Shown here: in pieces, positions 57,816 to 64,000 of the stretch
Position numbering within the stretch: the first letter of the stretch is position 1
Layout of the letters: every line of letters starts with the position of its first letter
Made by a program: the position numbers and the translations under genes
Notes under the pieces: model-generated
Told to the model about the DNA's origin: nothing
The model's database searches: none
Seen by the model: only the letters and a program-made list of their open reading frames with translations
Source of the DNA: a virus
Virus record (IMG/VR): IMGVR_UViG_3300035698_022475
Span: 1-64,000 of that record
Direction: 5' to 3' (one strand)
Length of the DNA stretch: 64,000 bases

Positions 57816-57825
57816 TTAAAAATCC
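57816..57825 (-). other. programmed -1 ribosomal frameshift site GGATTTTTAA
   Basis: G GAT TTT TAA; a -1 slip gives TTA AAT ACG GGA GTA GGT TTG ACG, in frame with the downstream ORF. Confidence 0.65.
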
Positions 57826-58478
57826 TGGGGAGCCCCCTCAGCAAACACTGAGCCCATTTTGAGATCAAACCGATACACCAGCTCCATGAGCTTCGCCATG
57901 ACAATGGCTGGACGCGCCATCACAAACGACAGACGCTGCTTGAACGCGGCTTCCGTTTTTTGGTCAGTATCGACAGGAAAATCGAAAACGTTGTCGCCAT
58001 ACTTACTCAGAGAAGCCGCAACGTTGTATCGCGCAACAAGATCCTGAACACTCATGTTGTAGGTCGGATTCTCGACCTCCAAGTGCTGCTGTGCGCGGAG
58101 AGTATCACTGTAAGTCCTCGTGCGCAGCTTCACCGGCAGGGGACCAATCATGTATGACTCCTCGTAATAGTCATTCACCAGGATCTTCTCCATGATGGCC
58201 CGGGCACTCGCCAGATCAAGACCCACCTCTTCGAGGCCCGTCACATAGGCGGTCTCTCGCTCTTCAGCAGTCAGCGGTCTGATCTCTTTACCCTTATCGG
58301 CCTCTCCCTGAAGTTCTGCTTCCAGTTCTTCGAGCTGCTTTTTGAGGTCTACGGGAGCAGTACCCTCAGTCAGAGGAACCTCTACGGGTTTCTGCTTCTC
58401 GCGGGGTTGGCGGGGCTCATTAGGTCCAGAAGGACCCAGGAATTGTCCTGGGATAGGGGTCGGTGTTTTATCGTCCAT
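57816..58478 (-). CDS. tail assembly chaperone (gpG-like)
   Basis: AAGGAG RBS; two genes upstream of the TMP; ends at the slippery site. Confidence 0.7.
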   Translation of the reverse strand: MDDKTPTPIPGQFLGPSGPNEPRQPREKQKPVEVPLTEGTAPVDLKKQLEELEAELQGEADKGKEIRPLTAEERETAYVTGLEEVGLDLASARAIMEKILVNDYYEESYMIGPLPVKLRTRTYSDTLRAQQHLEVENPTYNMSVQDLVARYNVAASLSKYGDNVFDFPVDTDQKTEAAFKQRLSFVMARPAIVMAKLMELVYRFDLKMGSVFAEGAPQDF

Positions 58479-58527
58479 CGGTATCTCCTTGTTTACAGGC
58501 CTTAACGCCGACTATACACAAAAAGTC

Positions 58528-58536
58528 TGGTATAAG
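58528..58536 (+). promoter_or_regulatory. extended -10-like promoter TGGTATAAG
   Basis: in the divergent intergenic region 31 nt upstream of the UDG start; same motif as 13795. Confidence 0.5.
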
Positions 58537-58567
58537 AAAGCAGCTAAACCCCGTGTGAGGTTATAAA

Positions 58568-59125
58568 ATGGGATTCAACGAACAAGTTCTAAGTTGTCGT
58601 AAGTGTTCCGAATTAGCGGACACTCGTCAAAACGTCGTTCTCGGAGAAGGGGTAATCCCCTGCGATATTCTTTTCCTCGGAGAAGCCCCTGGGAGTAGGG
58701 AAGATAGTACTGGGAAACCTTATCAAGGAGCTTCCGGCCAAATACTCCGTGCTCTTATGCACACCACTGGAATCTTTGCTCTCCGCATTCACATCCTCAA
58801 CGTACTAAAATGCCGCCCTCCCAACAATCGAAATCCTCTTGAAGAGGAACTCAAAAACTGCCGTCCATTCCTGGAGCATCAGCTCAAGGTCGTTCGTCCT
58901 AAAGTTATTGTCGCCATGGGACGGTACGCCCAAGCTTTCGTGCTTGAACAGGAAGCAGCCAAAATTCAAGTCCTCAAGAACGCTGGGAAGACCAATACAT
59001 ATCGCGGCATCCCCGTCGTTCTTACTTTTCACCCTTCCTATCTTTCACGCAGCGCTAACTCACAAGTAGAAGCTGCATTCAAGATCCACCTCCAACTGGC
59101 TAAACGCCTGAGTCAAGGAGATTAG
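58568..59125 (+). CDS. family 4 uracil-DNA glycosylase (Fe-S)
   Basis: 'CRKCSEL', 'GEAPG', 'NVLKCRPPNNR', 'TFHPS'. Confidence 0.92.
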   Translation: MGFNEQVLSCRKCSELADTRQNVVLGEGVIPCDILFLGEAPGSREDSTGKPYQGASGQILRALMHTTGIFALRIHILNVLKCRPPNNRNPLEEELKNCRPFLEHQLKVVRPKVIVAMGRYAQAFVLEQEAAKIQVLKNAGKTNTYRGIPVVLTFHPSYLSRSANSQVEAAFKIHLQLAKRLSQGD

Positions 59126-61327
59126 ATGAGATGTTCCAAGTGCTCTAATGTCATTCACTATGTGGACATGCCGAACAAGGACGACCTGGTCTGTACCGTG
59201 TGTAGAAACCCTATGGTTCCTACTGCACAGGACGTGCTCCAGGATGGCATGTTCAAGATCGCTCGGGAAATTCGCCCAACTCAAGTGGAGCTGTCCCAAG
59301 ATGTAGAGCGCATCTTTCGGAAGAGGGACGGCGCAACTCTCCTGGCCGAGGGCGGTACTGGAATAGGCAAAAGCTTCGCGTATCTTATTCCTGCGCTCTT
59401 GAGTAGCAACTCTGGGCGCATCGTCATTTCGACGGCCAAGAAAGCGCTACAACACCAGCTCGCCGGAAGCGCCAGCAAGCCGGGCGATATTCCTTTTCTG
59501 CTCGAGAAGATGAATGTACGTCGTAAATTCGCCCTCTACAAAGGGAACGGCAACTACGCTTGTTGGCATCTCGAAGAAGAAGTGCCCAAGGGTATAGAAC
59601 GAGAATCGTATAAGAACTTCATTCAAATCAGTCGCGGTACTGGTACTCCCGCTGACCTTGCCAACTGGCCCGGGGCCAAGCCTTTCTGGTGGTATAAAAT
59701 CACTGTCGAGAACTGTGTGAGGCGCAATAGCTGCCCCGATGCAAGTAAATGCCGCGTAAGTCCCAAGGACTTCGACATTCTCGTGGTCAACCACCACATC
59801 CTATCCATAGACCTCCTCAGCAGTGAGGGACTTCCCGGAAGATTATTAGGCTCCTACGATACCCTGATCATAGACGAAGCTCACAATCTCCCTGACGCAT
59901 TTCGCTCCATTCACACTCAGAGCATCTCTCCGACCTACGTCGAAAAACAGAAGTCCAAATTCAAGAAGGACAATGCCACACACAGCGTACTGGCAGACAG
60001 CGGCATCACAACAACAAAGAACGTGCTGAACAAGTTCGACGACCTCGAGAGTGCTGTCAACACGCTGCTACTTGCGGCCCACAAAGCGGCAGAAGACCAG
60101 AATGGTACCATCAGTGATACCGCCCCCCTGTTGGCGTCCTTCGTAGCCGTAAACGCAGCTCTCGTCTCGATCACGCAGACCATGAATTTCATCTTCGAGT
60201 ACGCGGAGAAAGTCTACGCCAACAATCAAACATTCTCTGACAGCACTACAACCCCTGGAAAGCTACACGCCGTAATGGCTCGAGTAAAGAGGCACTCGCG
60301 CTCACTGGTGCGGGTACAAGCTCTCCTGAAGGAGATCGAACACGAAGCTACATTTGAGGACCACGTACCGCGTGGGAAGTTTCTGGTCATCTTCAACGAA
60401 GAAGGTTTGCACGCCAAACCGCTGATGGTCGGGGAGCTACTGGCACCTCCTATGCAGTGGATGCGTCACAAAATAATTACATCAGCGACACTCGCACAGG
60501 GAGGCAACTTCGAATACACGAAGTCTTTGTTCGGGGTAGACGAGGCTGTAGAGCGAATCTACGACAGTCCTTTCGACGCCAAAACACAGTCAGTACTCTA
60601 CATGCCTACCGACATCATCACACCCCAACATCAGGGCACCGAACAGCGGGATGAGTGGATCGAGGCCATCTCAGAAGAGATTTACCGTATCACCACCGAA
60701 CTCGATGGAAACGTCTTCGTACTATTCTCCGCGCGGGGAGATATGAATGAAGTAGAAGCGTATGTGGGCGCCCGTATCCGGGCTGCAGGACTCAACCTTG
60801 TGGTACAGGAAGATAACGCCGACCACACCGAATCGGAATACCGCAACAATCCTCGAAGTGTGCTCTTCGGACTGAAGAGTTTCTGGGAGGGAGTAGACAT
60901 TCCCGGCGACAAGCTGCGGGGGATCATCATTCCCAAACTGCCTTTTCCTTACGTCGGAGACCCCATCATGCGGGCTCTCGACAAGAAACTGGGAAGAGAG
61001 TTCTTCCCCAAGATCTACATCCCTCTCATGATGATTGACCTCAAGCAGGGAATAGGGCGCCTCCTGCGGTCCAAAGACGACCGCGGACTTCTGGCTATCC
61101 TGGATCCTCGTGCCTGGACAGGCTCGTCCAAGAAGCACAAAAGCATCATGATCAAGATCAAGGCAGCCCTTGAGGCCGAGTGGGATGGCAAGTACGGAGG
61201 AGAAAAGTTTTACGGTTACGGACGTCTCATCTCGACCGACCTTAACCAGGTGAACGTTACAAACGACTTTACAACAGCGATCTCGTTTGTTAAACAACTG
61301 TTAACAGGCGTTAAACACGTACCGTAA
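59126..61327 (+). CDS. dinG: DinG/YoaA-family ATP-dependent helicase
   Basis: 'EGGTGIGKSFAYL', Fe-S cysteines, 'VVNHH', 'IIDEAH', 'TSATL', 'FWEGVD', 'QGIGRLLR'. Confidence 0.92.
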   Translation: MRCSKCSNVIHYVDMPNKDDLVCTVCRNPMVPTAQDVLQDGMFKIAREIRPTQVELSQDVERIFRKRDGATLLAEGGTGIGKSFAYLIPALLSSNSGRIVISTAKKALQHQLAGSASKPGDIPFLLEKMNVRRKFALYKGNGNYACWHLEEEVPKGIERESYKNFIQISRGTGTPADLANWPGAKPFWWYKITVENCVRRNSCPDASKCRVSPKDFDILVVNHHILSIDLLSSEGLPGRLLGSYDTLIIDEAHNLPDAFRSIHTQSISPTYVEKQKSKFKKDNATHSVLADSGITTTKNVLNKFDDLESAVNTLLLAAHKAAEDQNGTISDTAPLLASFVAVNAALVSITQTMNFIFEYAEKVYANNQTFSDSTTTPGKLHAVMARVKRHSRSLVRVQALLKEIEHEATFEDHVPRGKFLVIFNEEGLHAKPLMVGELLAPPMQWMRHKIITSATLAQGGNFEYTKSLFGVDEAVERIYDSPFDAKTQSVLYMPTDIITPQHQGTEQRDEWIEAISEEIYRITTELDGNVFVLFSARGDMNEVEAYVGARIRAAGLNLVVQEDNADHTESEYRNNPRSVLFGLKSFWEGVDIPGDKLRGIIIPKLPFPYVGDPIMRALDKKLGREFFPKIYIPLMMIDLKQGIGRLLRSKDDRGLLAILDPRAWTGSSKKHKSIMIKIKAALEAEWDGKYGGEKFYGYGRLISTDLNQVNVTNDFTTAISFVKQLLTGVKHVP

Positions 61328-61338
61328 AGGAGAAATAA

Positions 61339-61494
61339 ATGCCACGTCGCTCCGGAAGTAAAGTTGTTCCGTGTCCTACCAAGAAGTGTTCGGGAAAAAT
61401 CGTTGCGGTCCCCTCCGAGAGCGGGACGTGTAGCCAGTGCGGAGCCAAGCTCCGAGTCACTAAGAAACTCCTTCGTGAACTCGGAAAACTGTAG
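61339..61494 (+). CDS. small zinc-ribbon protein (51 aa; absent from the ORF track)
   Basis: AAGGAG RBS; MPRRSGSKVVPCPTKKC...TCSQCGAKLR; followed by a terminator. Confidence 0.7.
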   Translation: MPRRSGSKVVPCPTKKCSGKIVAVPSESGTCSQCGAKLRVTKKLLRELGKL

Positions 61495-61514
61495 CCGCGA
61501 TTTCCGCGCCTCCG

Positions 61515-61550
61515 GAAAGGGCAGTCTGTAATCGGCTGCCCTTTCTTTTT
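61515..61550 (+). terminator. intrinsic terminator
   Basis: GAAAGGGCAGTC-loop-GGCTGCCCTTTC followed by TTTTT. Confidence 0.85.
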
Positions 61551-61587
61551 GTTGACAACCCTGTTTAAGTAGCGAAAACATGGATAC

Positions 61588-62016
61588 ATGGCAATCTTCA
61601 TCGGAATAGCGGTTAAGGAATACGATGAAAAATTCGTCGCAGCGGCTACTGCCTGGTTTGCCAACACTCCCGTCTTCAATATTACGGGAATGACGCTGGA
61701 CTACATGCGCGAGAAACTCCTCTCTGTCGTCATTATTGAAAACTCCAACAAACTAAAAGCAATCAGCGCAGCTACCAATAGAACCCTCGAGAAACTTTTC
61801 GTCCGCCGTATTATTCCGTTGCCGCGTACTGACGGGAGTGACGTTATCCTCTTCGTTCCTCCAAGCCTAAAAAAACAAGAGTTCCCTACCGTATCCCGCG
61901 TCGAAACCAAACACTGGCTGGTACGAGGTGCTCGTCGCGCCCTTGCGGAATGGATAGGAGCAGAGAATGCCCGAAAACAAAAACGTCGCAAGAGAACACC
62001 TAAGCGCCCACATTGA
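61588..62016 (+). CDS. hypothetical protein
   Basis: 142-aa ORF after the terminator and a TTGACA at 61552. Confidence 0.55.
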   Translation: MAIFIGIAVKEYDEKFVAAATAWFANTPVFNITGMTLDYMREKLLSVVIIENSNKLKAISAATNRTLEKLFVRRIIPLPRTDGSDVILFVPPSLKKQEFPTVSRVETKHWLVRGARRALAEWIGAENARKQKRRKRTPKRPH

Positions 62017-62206
62017 CTCAACCGTCTGTGGAAAATGCCGCCAACCCTTCTCGAAAGGGGACCGCGTCACTATCGCACATATCGTAGCGGACATCGGGAT
62101 CGACGCCGCCACGTTCCGTAAAGGAACCACTATGGCTGGAGAATATGAGGTCGTTCACGTTAATTGCCGCGATACACTACTCGTGAAGGGACTGCGCGAT
62201 GCCTAA
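61967..62206 (+). CDS. small Zn-finger-like protein
   Basis: AGGAG RBS; CGKC..HVNC. Confidence 0.7.
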   Translation: MPENKNVAREHLSAHIDSTVCGKCRQPFSKGDRVTIAHIVADIGIDAATFRKGTTMAGEYEVVHVNCRDTLLVKGLRDA

Positions 62207-62651
62207 AGGGATTGTAAACCCTTTCTATGACCCTCCTAAACACGTAGACCCTCATGCGATTCCCGTCCAACACGAGGGTGCAACCCAGCGTGAGGCACCT
62301 CTCCCTTCTGAGGAGAGTCATACTCACGTAGATCTGGACGGTGACTCGTACGTCGTACGATTTCACCGAGTAAGTGACGTTCGTGCCATCGTGCGAAAAA
62401 TTCTCGATCTAATCTACGGTGTAAAAAAGGAGCACGAATCCGAGCTAGAAACTTATGGAATTTACTATGAAGAACGCCCTCAGACATGGACACTACAGGA
62501 CTCCGACGGCCGAGCTTTTTTTGTCGCCGTACCTGAAGAAGCAAGCGAAGTAGACGTTTACAGACGTTTAGGATATGCTCTCCTCAGGTTAAAAACCAAA
62601 ATAGAACCTACGCTCAAAAAGATGAGCATTACCGTAATGGAAAGGGGTTAG
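62199..62651 (+). CDS. hypothetical protein
   Basis: overlapping, coupled ORF. Confidence 0.65.
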   Translation: MPKGIVNPFYDPPKHVDPHAIPVQHEGATQREAPLPSEESHTHVDLDGDSYVVRFHRVSDVRAIVRKILDLIYGVKKEHESELETYGIYYEERPQTWTLQDSDGRAFFVAVPEEASEVDVYRRLGYALLRLKTKIEPTLKKMSITVMERG

Positions 62652-62654
62652 AAA

Positions 62655-62918
62655 ATGAATCGCACTCCTTGTGGTCAGTGTGAAAAATATTGGGCAATAC
62701 AAAAAGGATTGCGCGGGGGTGAGACCACTCCCCTCACACGCGGGCACTGCCTCGCACGCTCGCGCTACCCTAAAAACAAACCCGGTAGCCCTGTATTTCC
62801 CCCGGGAGCCAAGATTGTCGATCTTCCCAACAACGTCGCAGACCTCGTCGTAGTTCATGAAAAACAGGTAGTCACGACCTGCCAAGACGTCGCACCCAAA
62901 GGAGGGAAGAAGAAATGA
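62655..62918 (+). CDS. small Cys-containing hypothetical protein
   Basis: CGQC..HC..C. Confidence 0.65.
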   Translation: MNRTPCGQCEKYWAIQKGLRGGETTPLTRGHCLARSRYPKNKPGSPVFPPGAKIVDLPNNVADLVVVHEKQVVTTCQDVAPKGGKKK

Positions 62919-63256
62919 TAACCAAGGAAGTTCGCGTCCCTGACGGTAAGGGAGGATGGAAAACAACGCAGGCAACTCCAGTAGCAGGACAAACTCAGGA
63001 TTCTGAGAAGGTTGATAATGCGATGCAGAAGGCCCAGGAGGATGACTTCTATATCCGAGTAGGCTCCTTCACGGAACACCTGAACCAGCTCATCAAGATC
63101 TACGGGCAAGAGTATAACCTGACCGCCGCTGAAGTCGCTGCTAGTGTCTTCCTTGAGAATTGCAACATCCGTGAGACTTACCCCGAAGGCCACTCCGAGC
63201 ACGACAAAGTTTGCGAGGCCGTGGCTGCCTGGTTCGAGCGCAACAAAAACTCCTAG
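62915..63256 (+). CDS. hypothetical protein
   Basis: ATGA overlap, GGAGG RBS. Confidence 0.7.
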   Translation: MITKEVRVPDGKGGWKTTQATPVAGQTQDSEKVDNAMQKAQEDDFYIRVGSFTEHLNQLIKIYGQEYNLTAAEVAASVFLENCNIRETYPEGHSEHDKVCEAVAAWFERNKNS

Positions 63257-63400
63257 CTGCGTGGTAAAAGAAGATCCGAAGTCCTACATGTAGGAGCTTC
63301 ACTCCCATTCCCCGCAGTAGCTACATCCGGTATAATTTAGCATTCCCCTACAGGTTGAGTCGTACCCTAGACCCGCGTCTCGACAAGGAGGTTAGAAGTA

Positions 63401-64000
63401 ATGGCTGGTGAGGAAGTAAGTATCTGGAAGACCCTGACGGCACTATTATTGTTGTTCGTCGTAACGTCTACTAACGGCCTAGTATATGGAAACGAGGTTG
63501 CCCCGCCCAATACGGATGGACCACACTCAGTAGGAGTCACGGTAGATCCTCCCATCTACCCTCTCAACCCCTACGAATGGGAAGAATTAGCGCGGTACAT
63601 CTACCGCTACAAGACCAAACGCGATGGGGGAATCTGGAACATCTGTGGCCACTCTCTATCTAAGGAGGAGATGAAAGAAGCGGCCCTTCAATACTCTAAA
63701 GAACTTCTCATAGCCCATCACACAACCACATACCCCATTAGACGGGGAGGTGTCAGGTACGAGGTGAAGGTGCCCTTGAAGGGTGTCCTCGGTACAATGA
63801 TGTCGGAGTCTCGACTCGACTATTGTGCCTTGGGGCCGAATCCCCGTAAGTGGGCCTACAAACACGGACTGCTAGAGAAGAATCCCGAAGGGCAGCGCGG
63901 AACCCCGAGCTACTCAAAAGAAAACATCCTGGCAGTTCTGAATCACCCTAAATGGAGAAAACGCCTCGCAGACCTGGGATTAGGTCAAATGGTGTGGGGC
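63401..64000 (+). CDS. secreted/membrane-anchored lytic transglycosylase-like protein (3' truncated; absent from the ORF track)
   Basis: AAGGAGG RBS; translated by hand, open to the window end: N-terminal hydrophobic 'LTALLLLFVV', SLT-like 'MMSESRLD' and 'DLGLGQM'. Confidence 0.65.
   Translation, partial: MAGEEVSIWKTLTALLLLFVVTSTNGLVYGNEVAPPNTDGPHSVGVTVDPPIYPLNPYEWEELARYIYRYKTKRDGGIWNICGHSLSKEEMKEAALQYSKELLIAHHTTTYPIRRGGVRYEVKVPLKGVLGTMMSESRLDYCALGPNPRKWAYKHGLLEKNPEGQRGTPSYSKENILAVLNHPKWRKRLADLGLGQMVWG

Overview
A 64-kb fragment of a large, probably contractile-tailed (myovirus-like) dsDNA phage or prophage-like element, with tightly packed genes and no host housekeeping genes, tRNA, rRNA or CRISPR array that I could recognise. 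The + strand carries replication, recombination and nucleotide-metabolism genes: two Cas4-like PD-(D/E)XK nucleases, ParB-like protein, putative SSB, primase-helicase, family A DNA polymerase with an N-terminal UDG-like domain, RuvC-like resolvase, class II ribonucleotide reductase, UDG and DinG helicase. The - strand carries two sigma70-family factors and the virion genes: large terminase, tail fibres/spikes, baseplate, tape measure, and tail chaperones with a -1 frameshift. The main finding is a candidate split, multi-template retron-like system. A retron-type reverse transcriptase (21177-22373) sits in a gap-free operon with a VWA-metallopeptidase and two Cys-rich unknowns, leaving no room for an adjacent msr-msd. 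About 7 kb upstream, on the same strand and behind a TGGTATAAG promoter-like motif, the 13795-14150 intergenic region has the architecture of a retron ncRNA. It has one msr-like unit (5' arm AAATGCCG, a candidate branching G at 13871 and two short stem-loops) followed by three different long hairpins. Each hairpin is immediately followed by a 12-nt repeat ACTYAGCGGCAT that can pair with the same 5' arm. All product calls come from motif recognition by eye; no database searches were run.
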